DNA of 64,000 bases. It comes from Podarcis erhardii. Lineage: Eukaryota. Both the position numbers and the translations under genes were made by a program. Within the stretch, counting starts at the first letter, position 1. Each line of letters opens with the position of its first letter. Positions 35,912 to 47,358 of the stretch are shown here, in pieces. Under the pieces are notes generated by a model. That model saw only the letters and a list, made by a program, of their open reading frames with translations. It was not told where the DNA came from and made no database searches. The DNA is taken from NCBI GenBank assembly GCA_964252035.1, contig OZ176210.1, one strand, 5' to 3'.

Positions 35912-36170
35912 CCGTATTTTTCGCTCTATAATACACAGCAGACCACAAGACGCACCTCGTCTTTGGAGGAGGAAAACAAGAAAAAAAATATTCTGAATCT
36001 CAGAAGCCAGAACAGCAAGAGGGATTGCTGCGCAGTGAAAGCAGCAATCCCTCTTGCTGTTCTGGCTTCTGGGATAGCTGCGCAGCCTGCATTCGCTCCA
36101 TAAGACGCACACACATTCCCCCTTACTTTTTAGGAGGGAAAAAGTGAGTCTTATAGAGCAAAAAATACGG
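35912..36170 (+). mobile_element. pogo/Tigger-like MITE with a perfect 31-bp internal hairpin
   Basis: Same family as 13890; TA TSD on both sides. Confidence 0.88.
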
Positions 36171-36681
36171 TATTTCCTGAGTTCCATTAAAATAAGGGGA
36201 CCAGTTTGTGTTCTGGTGTGAATGGCATTTTAAAGCTGTTCTGGCTAGCATTCCATTTATTTTTAATGCCCCTTGTAGTGAAGTTGAGAAATCTTAGCAC
36301 GTTAAAACTTTGGTTCATGTAGGCGTGAGGAATTGCGGGAGAGTAAAGCTGTGGATTTCTGGGAAACAGAGGTCTGGTCTCCTTAACTGCAGACTCCCTG
36401 TGTTTAGAAGTGAGAATCAAATTGCCTCCTGTCTTTGGGCAGGAAGAAGATGTTATCTGATTTGTAAATTCTGACAGTTGGGGAGCTCAGATGTGGAATG
36501 GGTGTGAAAAGGCTATCAGGCAATTTATAGCTCAAAAAGCCTGGTACAAGTCTGGGAACAAAGGGAGTACCTTTTGATCTCAAGGTCCTTTGAGCATAAA
36601 CAAAGTTCAGCTGCCTTGGTCTGCTGACAATCAGGAGTTATAGTCCCATCATACAGCCAGTGGTATTTGGTAATTAACCAA

Positions 36682-36933
36682 AAGAAATGGTTCCAAACTA
36701 CAAGAAAAAAGATTCCACCTAAACATTAGGAAGAACTTCCTGACAGTAAGAGCTGTTCGACAGTGAAATTTGCTGCGAAGGAGTGTTGTGGAGTCTCCTT
36801 CTTTGGAGGTCTTTAAGCAGAGGCTTGACAACCATATGTCAGGAGTGCTCTGATGGTGTTCCCTGCTTGGCAGGGGGTTGGACTCGATGGCCCTTGTGGT
36901 CTCTTCCAACTCTATGATTCTATGATTCTATGA
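36682..36933 (+). mobile_element. CR1 LINE 3' end
   Basis: RFHLNIRKNFLTVRAVRQ... and an (ATTCTATG)n tail. Confidence 0.9.
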
Positions 36934-37399
36934 AATGATTGGTCCCTAAACCCCTTCTCCAAGTGGAATAAAAAAAGTGGGATAAAAGTTTGAGCAATTG
37001 AGATGCAAATTGCAGACCACCATTCCCTGGTGTTTTGCGCCTGAGGGTGCTTGACCAGCAAAGAAACTTTGATGACCTGCCATGTTTTGAACTGTTACTT
37101 TGTGAGAATGTTTCAGTCAGTTATACTGCGCAACATTTAAATTTTTCTTGTTTGTAACCTTTTACTTGCTGAGTGGCTTTTTCAATAAATTTGGAAAAGG
37201 ACTTTTGCCTTTTGTATTTTGTGCCTTTTGCTGGAGAAGCTGAACTGGTGCCTGACCACTTGATACACACTACCTGTTGGATTTCTGTCTGCATCACGGT
37301 AAACGTGACACAGGGTTGGGCAACCTGGTAAATATCGAAGGGGGGTTCTCCTCCTTGGACCCCATTCAAGGGTTGACCCAGGAAAGGAGGTTGTGGCAG

Positions 37400-37945
37400 C
37401 AGCTTTATACCATTTGGCTTGTGACTTTCAACACAAGGACTGGTTAAGAAGGATGGATAGTGATGGCAGATGAAGATGTTAGACTTTTTGGAGCTAACTG
37501 ACCTGACTGGAAGAATCCGCGATCAGAAAGAAGAGGAATATCAAGAAGATTAGAAGAAATTTAAAGACTATTTGGCCAAATATTGTAACATACAATAAGT
37601 AGAAGTTAACTGAAAGTATCAAATGGGCCTAGGACTGGAGTAAGAATGAATTGTAAAATACTATGGATTTAGATAATTATGAAAAGAGAAGAAGATTGAA
37701 AATTAAAGGTGTCAATTTGATTAGAAAGAGGATATTGGAGAGCTGTTAAAAAGGTGATTCAATGAAACTCAGTAAGGCGGGATTCGAAAAGTCAGTTAAC
37801 AATGAAAATCAAATTAGGTTTTAAAGTATTAGGTGTTTACATGTTTGTTTTTGTTGCCTTTTTTAGTATTGTAATGTCTTTTTTCTTTATTTGTGTGTTT
37901 TAATTGTTATAAACTTGGAAAATTAATTTGAAAATTTGAAAAAAG
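37400..37945 (+). mobile_element. L1 ORF2 C-terminus and 3' UTR fragment
   Basis: FLELTDLTGRIRDQKEEEYQED*KKFKDYLAKY*, T-rich UTR and A tail; 5' boundary approximate. Confidence 0.78.
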
Positions 37946-38073
37946 GGGGGGGATAGTGGCCCGCAAACACGACACCCCTATGGTAGGGCAATTGAAGGTG
38001 CCACTCGCCATATCCAGCGCTGGTGTACACTTTCAGAAAACAAGAAAAGCCAAATTGGTTTAATTGTTTTTAG

Positions 38074-38156
38074 GTATCTGGAGACACCTGTTTGTGGGCA
38101 GATGACTCAGAAAGGCCGCTTCCATCTCTTCACATTTCAGGCCTTCAAACAATAAG
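38074..38156 (+). CDS. RANBP3L: RANBP3L exon 7 (VSGDTCLWADDSERPLPSLHISGLQTI)
   Basis: Poorly conserved. Identified as an open exon with ttgtttttag acceptor and AAG|GTAAGC donor that supplies the phase 0 to 2 bridge needed between exons 6 and 8. Confidence 0.72.
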
Positions 38157-38654
38157 GTAAGCTAAATGAAATATTTTTGGGGTGGGAAATGGTTCTGGAA
38201 GAAACGAAACATTCACCCCAGTAGCCTACTACTTCTTTTTAAATCTCTGTAATAATAAAGACCCCCTTTGCCAATGGGCACTGTCCATGACTGTCTGTGT
38301 ACATTCCTGCCACACTGCCATATATCCACATAATATCAGAAAGCAAAGTCCACACACAAAGAGCTATAAATGCATAGGCTGCCCACACCATCAGAAACCC
38401 CAAACCCACAGGGGTCCTGATAATATGGAGAACCTACAGGTGTACAATTGCACTGTACACATGAAGACTCCCCTTTTCTGACGTTGCAGTGGTATGTGGG
38501 CATCCTGAGCAGAAATATTTGGGGGCAAGATTGGTGGTTCTGGCCCTGATGCGGCTTCCAGGTGTTGACTAAATGCATGGAATTCTGCCTCGTTCTGGAT
38601 GCTACATGTTATGTGAGTCGTTGGCAAACTAGACATTAAGCAAACAGGATGACC

Positions 38655-39010
38655 AGGATGGCAAACCAAGTCCTACGAGGAACAGTTGAAAGAGCTGAAT
38701 ACATTTAGCCTGGAGAACAAGGTGATCAAGGGGAGATATGATCATTGTCTTCAATTATCTGGAAGGCTGTCACTGCAGATGGCAGAACAGACTTGTTCCC
38801 TTTTGCTCCAGATGGCGGGACTAGAACTCATGGGTGGAAACGGCAAGGAAGCAGATTTCTGCTGAACATTAGGAGAAACTGTGTAATGGCAAGAACTGTT
38901 TGTCTTGGAAGGTGCTGTGCTGTATTTAAGCAGAGGCTGGATGTCCATCTGTCAGGGAAACTCTTGTTGCCAGAGTCCTGCGCTGAGCAAGAGGATTGGA
39001 CTAGAGGATC
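38655..39010 (+). mobile_element. Older CR1 LINE 3' fragment
   Basis: YEEQLKELNTFSL...RTHGWKRQGSRFLLNIRRN remnant. Confidence 0.8.
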
Positions 39011-39564
39011 TCAGAGGCTATCAGTCTATGGAGGGATCTCTTCTGAACAGCCCAGTTATCATTTCTCTGGCTTTAGAACATCTGGCTTTGAAACTTGGCC
39101 ACTCTAGCTATTGCCCTAAAGAGGTGTCCTATAAAATCCAAGTGGTTTCAGCACGGTCTACTCAAAGTAGTCTGCATTTGTATTGGATTTGATATTTGTA
39201 TTGATATCCGTATTAGAATTGAAATTGATTATATATACATACCTGTTGGTTTTAAAAATTGTTTTATATGTTATTTTTCCTTATTTTTAAATTGTTTTCG
39301 TATTAGCCAAATGTTTTAATGGTTTTTATATATGCAATTGTTTTCCATCTGCTTTAATCACATTCAAGAAATGGATGCCCCATCATAAGCAATTCATAAA
39401 ATAAATAATAATTGTTGACACTAGACTTTTCTGGCAGGACTCCAGGAAAACAAACACAGATACACATATATGTGAATCAGATTTACTTGTATTCCCCCCC
39501 CCCCCAAAAAAAAGTTGATTAGGCTTCTTCTCCCCTGACTCGTTCTTTCTTTTTCCTTTTTAAG

Positions 39565-39649
39565 CAACCAACTACCTGAAGGCAGAACTTTCTCAAGCAG
39601 TAGGCATTCTGACTTTGTGTTTGGAGAAAATATAGTAGAAAGAGTTTTG
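39565..39649 (+). CDS. RANBP3L: RANBP3L exon 8 (NQLPEGRTFSSSRHSDFVFGENIVERVL), FxFG motif
   Basis: FVFGENIVERVL vs human FVFGENMVERVL; long pyrimidine tract; TTG|GTATGT donor. Confidence 0.93.
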
Positions 39650-40226
39650 GTATGTTTTAAAGATTTTTGTCTCATTCTGGGGAGGGAAAACCATGTAAAA
39701 TGACTTAGATGAGTCTGTATCCAACATTCCAATACAGTAATTTCTAAGTTCTGACTTTACCATAGATATGCCTTAATTTAGAACAGTTCAAAAAGCTCTC
39801 ATAATTCTAGTTAAGGCAGGATACTATTCATATTCTGTGCAAAGATTGATATAATGCTTGGCTTAGTACAGTGAACAAATCATACTTTAAAATCAGAGTA
39901 AAATGATACCCAATTCAATTTACCTAGGCCAGAATCTAATGTATACCAAGGCTTCTTGTGGAGGAGAATTATCTGCTGAATTATTTTACTACTAAAGTAT
40001 TTCTAGAATATTTTACTACAGGATGTTTGTAAAAGTTGCACATTATCCTGCTTTATTAAAATCAGGATACTATCATACAAGTATAACCTGCTCCTTGTCT
40101 CATTGCATATTTTACAATGCCATTCATTTTTAAATTGTTAAAAATAAGTAAAATATCAGCATCTGACATGCTCCCAGTTGTAGTTCTGATTTTGTCACTT
40201 GTAATGCCTTCCTGAAATTTTTCTAG

Positions 40227-40323
40227 AGGCCAGCGAAATCCCCAGAGCTGCATTCTGAAAGTGGCAACAATGGAAAAAAATCCACGTCTCCTATAGGTTT
40301 TCATACCAGGTCTCTGCAGACAA
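40227..40323 (+). CDS. RANBP3L: RANBP3L exon 9 (RPAKSPELHSESGNNGKKSTSPIGFHTRSLQT)
   Basis: aaatttttctag acceptor; open frame; CAA|GTAGGT donor in phase 1, matching exon 10. Low sequence conservation. Confidence 0.72.
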
Positions 40324-41022
40324 GTAGGTGATCTTTCTTACCAAATAAATAACATTAACTTGTTAGCATGCAGCTTTCATTTTGCACTTCATGATGTTGT
40401 GATTGCATTTGGTAATCCAAGAGAAAAGACCCACTTAATTATGAAGCATAGCCAAAAACACATTTAAAAGCACGTGACTTTCCCCCAAAGAATCCTGGGA
40501 AATGTAGTTTCTTTGGGTGAGGTCACATGTGGGATGTGCTTCAAGTTTCTGGTGTGGATTTGCCCTCAGACTGTTCTGCTGTTCAACTCCAGCAGATGTC
40601 GGGATCCTATAGCCCTCCAGATGTTGTTGAACTACAACTACATCCCTCGCCACTGGCCATGCTTCCTAGGGCTGATGGGTTTTTTTCTTCAGCAACATCT
40701 GGAGGGTCAAAGGTTCTCTACAGGAATCTAGAGTTGAGACCAGTGTTCTTTGCTCCAGCTGGTAGTGACTTTCCAATGACTTTCACATCCCTCACTGCTT
40801 GATCCTTTTCAGACTCTAGATGCCGGGGTCTGAGCATACAAATCATGCTCTCTCTCTCTCAGAACTGAGTGGAAATTTCTCAGATGACATTTTTATCAGA
40901 AAATTTCTGAAATCTTTCTTTCCCGCACCCTGAAAAAAGCCACTTTCCAGGATTTTACTTGAACACTCTCCAGCATTTTTGTCAGTGAGGTGGCTGCCAT
41001 TCACCAGCTCCTCAGAACAATA

Positions 41023-41257
41023 CAGTGGTACCATTGGATACAAACGGGATCCGTTCCGGAGCCCCGTTCGTATATAGAAGCAAACGTAACTAGCGATAGC
41101 ACGTCTGTGCACATGCGCATCGCTTTTCGCCACTTCTGCGCATGCGCATGCGCAAGTAGCGAAACCCGGAAGTAACACACTCTGTTACTTCCGGGTTGCT
41201 GCGAAGCACAACCCGAATGTGCTCAACCTGAAGTGCATTCAACCCAAGGTATGACGG
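41023..41257 (+). mobile_element. Tc1/mariner MITE family B
   Basis: CAGTGGTACC...GTATGACGG with TA flanks. Confidence 0.85.
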
Positions 41258-41259
41258 TA

Positions 41260-41692
41260 CCTTTTCTTGTTTGGCAATCACTCGTAACCGAGTAAGATTG
41301 TCTTCCATAAACACAGTTTTAACAATGAGTCCGTAAGTGACTGTGGAGGTCAATTCTGGATCCACAGGTCCTTCCACAGTGGGGACACTGGTTTCCGGGC
41401 GGGACTTGATCACGTTGTGGATTTGCCACGCGTGCCTTCCTCTTAGCACATTTCTCCCTTGCGTCCTGAGTTTGAGTGTCTTCAAAGCCCTTGACACTTT
41501 TGGTAAAGGCTGTTCTCCAATTGGAGTGCTTGCAGGCAAGTGCTTCCCAATTGTTGGTGTTTATACTACATTTTTTAGATTTGCCTTGAGACAGTCTTTA
41601 AACTTCTTTTGTTGACCACCAGCATTACGCTTTCCATTTTTATGTTCGGAATAGAGTAGTTGCTTTGGAAGACGATAATCAGGCATCCAGGA
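41260..41692 (-). mobile_element. RTE-clade LINE 3' end with a C-terminal C2H2 finger
   Basis: Minus strand: MPDYRLPKQLLYSEHKNGKRNAGGQQKKFKDCLKANL (frameshift) ...WEALA...CPHCGRTCGSRIDLHSHLRTHC*. Confidence 0.88.
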
Positions 41693-41769
41693 ACAACACA
41701 TTAGAATTAGAACAACATATTATTAGAATTAGAATTGCGCTTGGAAACATACTAGGAGCCACTGTAGAT

Positions 41770-41992
41770 CTTTTAGGATTGGTATTATATGGTCCCAGCA
41801 GCTGCTTCCAGTCACCAGTCTAGCAGCCGCATTCTGGATTGATTGTAGTTTCCGAGTCACCTTGAAAGGTAGCCCCACATAGAGCCCATTGTAGCAGTCC
41901 AAGCAAGAGATAATCAGAGCATGTACTGCTCTGGTGGGACAGTGCTCAGGCAGGTAGGGTCTCAGCCAGTGTACTAGAGGGAGGTGGAGGAT
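41770..41992 (-). mobile_element. L2 LINE internal fragment
   Basis: Reverse complement of the GGGGCTACCTTTCAAGGTGACTCGGAAACTACAA...CAGAATGCGGCTGCTAGACTGGTGACTGG segment. Confidence 0.8.
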
Positions 41993-42081
41993 TCAAAATG
42001 GTGGCCAGGCTGCCAAGAAAACTGCAAGGTTTTCCTTTCATAGAAACCTGAGGATTTTTCATTATTCTCCTTTCTCTATAG

Positions 42082-42215
42082 CGCCATTTTTTGCCAAGGA
42101 TACAACACTAGCTGAATCAGCTGCTGCTTATGTATCTAGCAAACCGACACAAAGATATTTATTAGATAAAGTTGCAGTGACTACAGGAGAAGAAGCAGAG
42201 CACAATGTCTTACAG
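42082..42215 (+). CDS. RANBP3L: RANBP3L exon 10 (PFFAKDTTLAESAAAYVSSKPTQRYLLDKVAVTTGEEAEHNVLQ), start of Ran-binding domain
   Basis: LAESAAAY...LLDKVAVTTGEEAEHNVLQ matches the RANBP3-family RanBD; canonical splice sites. Confidence 0.95.
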
Positions 42216-42575
42216 GTATATCTTTTCCTAAAAGATTTATTGGTGGGGAATTTCTGTTATATTTGAAAAACAGGCCATGGCCTGGTCTGCACATAACACT
42301 AAGCCATGGTTTGTTAAAACAAACCATGAGGTACCCAATAGTTGTCTGACAGGTGATCAAATAACCCACAGGTTGTTTCTCCAACATTTGTTCTATTTTT
42401 CTTTTCAGGTTTTGTGAATAAGCTAAAGTAATCCATTTAATTGCCATTTATTTTTTAAAAATAAAAACCTTTTTATTTAATAGTAAGAATATAAATGACA
42501 CAGAAGTTTTAGGTTTTTTTTTAAAAAAAATGTGTATGTCCAAATTGACAATTTTATCAATTTTTCCCATTTTAG

Positions 42576-42696
42576 ATCAACTGCAGGCTCTTTTTATTTA
42601 ATAAAGTATCATCATCCTGGATTGAAAGAGGCAGTGGCTCTCTGAGACTTAATGATACATCCAGCAATCAGTGTGGAATGCTGCAGTCAAGACTGA
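42576..42696 (+). CDS. RANBP3L: RANBP3L exon 11 (INCRLFLFNKVSSSWIERGSGSLRLNDTSSNQCGMLQSRL)
   Basis: RanBD core W-x-ERG-x-G-x-LRLND; cattttag acceptor; GA|GTAAGA donor. Confidence 0.96.
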
Positions 42697-43839
42697 GTAA
42701 GAATTAATTTCACCATTAAGTCCTTCTTCCCCATAGGCAATTATCAATGTGGGAAATGTGCAAAAAAGAGGAGCAAATTGTATTTACAGCTATAACATAT
42801 TGCCAAAGGATTTAGAATATAAACGTCACAATCCAGCAGACATTTTATTTGTTTAAATTGGGGGGGGGGTCTCATCCATTTAACTATATGTTAGCCAATT
42901 AATCAAATGAGCTCCCATTTAGTAATTGATTTATTAATTGTTCACACTATGCCTTGGGAAGCTTGCATACATCATGGTTTATATATGATTCAGCTGCAGT
43001 ATTTTTTATTTTTTTTTCCAAATAGGTAAATAAACACATGCAAGAAACTTACACATACACAAGAAAAAAGGCATTCCTTATGCATAGTGCAAACATTAAA
43101 CACATACAATTACATACAATTACATTTGCAAAAGTTATGAATATGTTCGTATTGGCAAAATACATTCATTTACAAAATCCTAACCTTTATAAATTTTACA
43201 ACTTTATTAATGGAGTATCTGAGTCATTTGTTTGAAATTCATTTCTAATACATATTGAATCACATATATTACAAATGAATTGCGTATAAACAACTTGGAT
43301 ACTTCATTGACAAAACTATAACATTTATAAAGGGTAGGTTTTAAAAAAATGAATGTATTGTGCAGATAGGAACATATTCATCATTTTTGTGTACTTCCTC
43401 TTTTAGAGAGAGTCATTTGCAGACATAAAGTTTGGTTTATAGTACACCATCATGTATTCAGACAGGTTATGGAGATATTCAAAACACTGAACATTCTCAA
43501 GAAATGGGAGTGTTTGTCACAAATGGTGACTAGTTGAGTTAGACGATTTAGGAATAGTGGATAACTGAGTTTATTTATTCTACTCCATTGCATTCCCAGA
43601 CATCAGATGGGGTGGGGAGATGGGGAATTCCAAACTTCTCATGGTTTTAAAAGCCAGGGTAGCAGGATGCTGGACTCGTTGAGCCATTGGCTTGATCTAG
43701 CAGACTCTTCTTATGTTCTTAAGTTTCAGAAGTTGAGTAACTTGAGTTTTGCAGTGCTACCAGATGAAATCCCCTCCATTAAGAAAAGGGGATTTAATAT
43801 CTGCCTTTCTTTCTAATGTTTCTTTTCTCCTGCTTATAG

Positions 43840-43982
43840 TAATGCGAAATCATGGGAGCATGAGGCTCATTCTTAACACCAGACTCTGGACTCAGATGGT
43901 CATAGAAAGAGCAAACCGGAAGAGTCTGTGCATCACAGCTACAGATTTGGAGGACTCTTGTGTCAAGGTGTTTCTAATACAG
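43840..43982 (+). CDS. RANBP3L: RANBP3L exon 12 (IMRNHGSMRLILNTRLWTQMVIERANRKSLCITATDLEDSCVKVFLIQ)
   Basis: Close match to the RANBP3L RanBD C-terminal half; canonical splice sites; phases 1 to 0. Confidence 0.96.
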
Positions 43983-44114
43983 GTAGAGCCAAGCAGGAGC
44001 TGCTGCAGCAAAAATTCCTGAACCTCCCCGCCTCCACCTTCTGCCCTGGCCAGAACAAGCAGCAAGGTTTGGGATGCAGTGTTGATTTGCTACGCTGCTT
44101 CACTGATTCCTGGC

Positions 44115-44529
44115 TAGTGGTGTAGCTAGCCGCTCGGGTGCCCAGTGCGGCGTGAGCGTCCTGCAGCCAGGGGCAGGGCGAGCTGCCCATGGGGATGGGG
44201 CGCATTGCGTGGAGTCTTTCCGCTGCCTCCCCCTCAGCTGTAGCTGGAGCCTGCAGGCGCCCAAGCCACCATGTCACTTCCAGGAGAGACGTGTGGCTTG
44301 GGCACACTGCAGGCTCCGCGGTAAGTGCTGGCCCTCACCTCGGGGCGCCCGGTGCCAGCCATGTTTTGTTACGTTTGTTGACTGAACTAAAAAGTTTTGT
44401 GAGTCCATTAAAAAAAATTAAATTATTATTTTAAAAACCCTAATATTTTTGTCATTTTGTCACCCCACCCACTCAGTGATGACACCCGGGGCGGCCCACA
44501 CACCCGGCACCCCCCTTCCTCCACCACTG
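44115..44529 (+). mobile_element. hAT MITE, GC-rich
   Basis: TAGTGGTG...CACCACTG termini; TSD TTCCTGGC / TCCCTGGC. Confidence 0.8.
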
Positions 44530-44932
44530 TCCCTGGCCAGATTGTTTTGCTACCCTCTCAGCTGAGACCTTTCTGTTTCCTTAGCTTTAAAATTTTAATT
44601 GCTTCACACTTCTGTTTGCATTTTTGTTGTCTGTAGTTTCATTGCTTTTTGATGACTTGTATCCAAGGTGCTGGTTCCCCACCACTGCCTGCTGCCACCC
44701 CCTACAACAGGGATGCAGAACACTTGACCCTCCAGATGTTGGGGTGTAACTATTATCAGCTCCAGTCAGCAGAGCCCAATGGTCAAGAAGATAATAGGAG
44801 TTGTCCTCTTATCTGGAGGGCGATATCAGGAGGACCACATGTTCCCCATCCATGCCTAAACCTTGTTTTATTGTATTCCAGAAGAGTCTTAGTGAAATCT
44901 TACATAGGGTGTTTTAACTGTTGCCCCATTTT

Positions 44933-45556
44933 TGCCATGGACTAGCTGGATGCAGAGGGGTGGTGGGAGGCTCCAGCTGGGGAACCCCCCAAGGAAACCC
45001 CCAGGGGAAGAAAGGTTCAGAGCCAGGGGATTGGTGGTGGGGTGATGATGAGTGGTCAGAGGGAGAAGAGGGAGCAGACTAGGGGGAGGATGAGATGTTG
45101 GAAGCTGAAGAGGTAACAAGCTTCAGTGAGTGGGAAGAGGCTGTAGCAGAGAGCAGCCCAGACTCAGAGGCAGAAGAGGAGGCAGAAGAGGAGACTGGCC
45201 AGGCGACAGAAGTGAGGCAGGCTGCTGAAGAATCTAGGGAGTCTCCCCCTCCTGGTGTGATCAGCTCCTCTCCCCGCTGGTCTCCTAGAACATGCAGAGG
45301 AATGAAGAGGGTAAAGCAATGAGAGGCAAGACGCCGGAATATTAGGTTGCTAGTGAAGGAACCTTAGAGAGCCTTAGAGAGCAGTGGGAAGCCGAGACCT
45401 TCAATCCTCACAACTGCTGCATTGGGGCAAGACCTACTGGGAAGAGTTGCTGTGATCGCTAGGCCTGCAGTGTTTTGGTTTCTTTGAATAATGAGTTAAC
45501 TTCATTGACACCAGTGATTTTGAATGCTGACCTACTGCTGACTCCGATGCCTGACA
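44933..45556 (+). mobile_element. Solo LTR, ORF-bearing family Z
   Basis: TG(C)CA...TGACA termini; flanks ATTTT / ATTCT (4 of 5 match); degenerate polyA signal AATAAT near the 3' end; decayed acidic ORF. Confidence 0.8.
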
Positions 45557-45756
45557 ATTCTACTATGTAAAACCACACTGAGCATTTGAAGGCAGTGCAT
45601 AAATAACATAGAATCACAGAATTGCGCAGTTGGAAGGGACACCTGGCACTCCAGTTCCTTTTCAGGAACTTTAGAATCTCTTTGGTGTGCTCAATTTTTC
45701 ACTGGTCAACCGGAAAACAGTACCTAATAGACCTATTTGTCTTGTGCATTACACAG

Positions 45757-45943
45757 GCAAGCTCAAAGGATGCAGCTTCTCTATACGCAGCAATCCACCA
45801 CCGCCTTGTGGCAATGAGGAGCTTTGCTGATCAGGAATGTGATGTAAACCACGTGGAGCAAGAGCCAGATATTCAACCACTGAATTATGACAGTGATGAG
45901 GACGAGAATGAAAGAATAACTCAAGTGAGCAGCAACAAATCAG
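45757..45943 (+). CDS. RANBP3L: RANBP3L exon 13 (ASSKDAASLYAAIHHRLVAMRSF...SDEDENERITQVSSNKS)
   Basis: LYAAIHHRLVA matches human; acidic tail; CAG|GTGAGC donor in phase 1. Confidence 0.95.
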
Positions 45944-46137
45944 GTGAGCAAAGCTCTCTGCAGGACCAGACAAAGACTGCATTTTCCATAACCATTATCC
46001 AAAGCCATCTACATAAAAAAAATAATGGGGGCTGGCTTTGCTGCAAAGTGAGAAGTAGCTCTGCTGTTGTTCACATTCCTTTCCCAGACCCACAACTTGG
46101 TGGGATGTGCATTGCCGGAGGAGAAGGGGGTTATACA

Positions 46138-46384
46138 TGTTATGTACTGATGTTCTGACCCTGGGCCAGCAGGGGGATACTGTAGATAGTTATGCAAATG
46201 AAGGATCGAAAGTGACGTTCAGTGATTGGATAGTTTTAGAAAGTTGCAACAGTTACAATTGTTCTGGAGCTCTATATAAGCAGGTTGACTGAGCTCCTCA
46301 GTTCAGTTCTGTTCCAGCTTACAAATAAAGAGCTGCTTTGGAAGAATCGCTGTGTCGTCTGATATGTTCGCCCACAACTTAACA
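46138..46384 (+). mobile_element. Solo LTR, compact family X, in the intron after RANBP3L exon 13
   Basis: TGTTA...TAACA termini; exact 5-bp TSD ATACA; homologous to 11816-12071. Confidence 0.93.
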
Positions 46385-47358
46385 ATACACACCCCAATAT
46401 TTTCTTTTTTTCAAAAACATAGAGGCACAATGAGGTAGTAGAACAGATTGCACTGCCTTCATCACGACTTTGCGAAAACAGAAAACAATAAATGCATCCA
46501 GTATTTTATGTCGTTGTGCTATATTGTATTTTTGTTTTGGATTGGAAGCTATTTTGAGTAATATTTTACTAGAAAAATGGGGAATGAATATTAAATCACC
46601 CTCTGGGAGTGGAGTGGGAAAATCAGTGCAAGGTAAAATGAGTCATATTAATTTAAAATCATATGCTTCACTCCTTTCAAGGGGTTAAATCCCGTTGAAC
46701 CATAGCAGGATTTACTTCCGAGTAAACATGGTTAGGATTTTGCTGCCAATCAAAATAAGGAATGTAAACAGCAGCTACCCCACTCCTGAAAGTTTCCTGC
46801 TTCGGAAAAAAATAGGGTGAGTGAGAGATATTCTGAAGCAACTGCTTTTCAAAGTAAATATTAAAAAGGGTTGACTACTTATTGAGCGTTCATTCTGTTT
46901 GTGGTTAGACTGAAAGAAATGTTGTCCCATATTTTCTGGTGCATTCCCCCATCAATTTAATTACTGTGAAAAATCTGGTTTTGGAGGAGGAGCTCCAATC
47001 TGTTTTAATTGTGCAACCTCAATTTGCTGGTATGTGATGGAATCCTAGCTTCAATATTACTCTTTTCCTTAGAGAAGTCACTAGAAATTGTGAACCTTTG
47101 CCACCAGAGGGCATATTGTTCCTCACGTCTCTGCCTGGCTGGCTCCTACCTGTGGCTTCTTTGCATAGGCCACTGTTGAAGGTTTCCAACCATCTGCCAT
47201 TTCCTTTCCTTGAGTGAACATTCCACCTGTCCTTGACCTTAAGCTCTCTTTTTAGTCGAATTCATAGCCCACCTTTCTGATCTGCCTCTACCCTGAACTC
47301 CTTTTCCATCATCACTTCCTGCTTCCTGCTTGGATAGACTATCTGAGGATGACTCCTT

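Noticed and set aside
37237-37299. Alternative candidate for RANBP3L exon 7
   Set aside because: Stop codon in the required phase-0 frame; 38074-38156 fits both phases.
41090-41539. 149-aa minus-strand ORF
   Set aside because: Alternative frame of the RTE 3' end joined to a mariner MITE.
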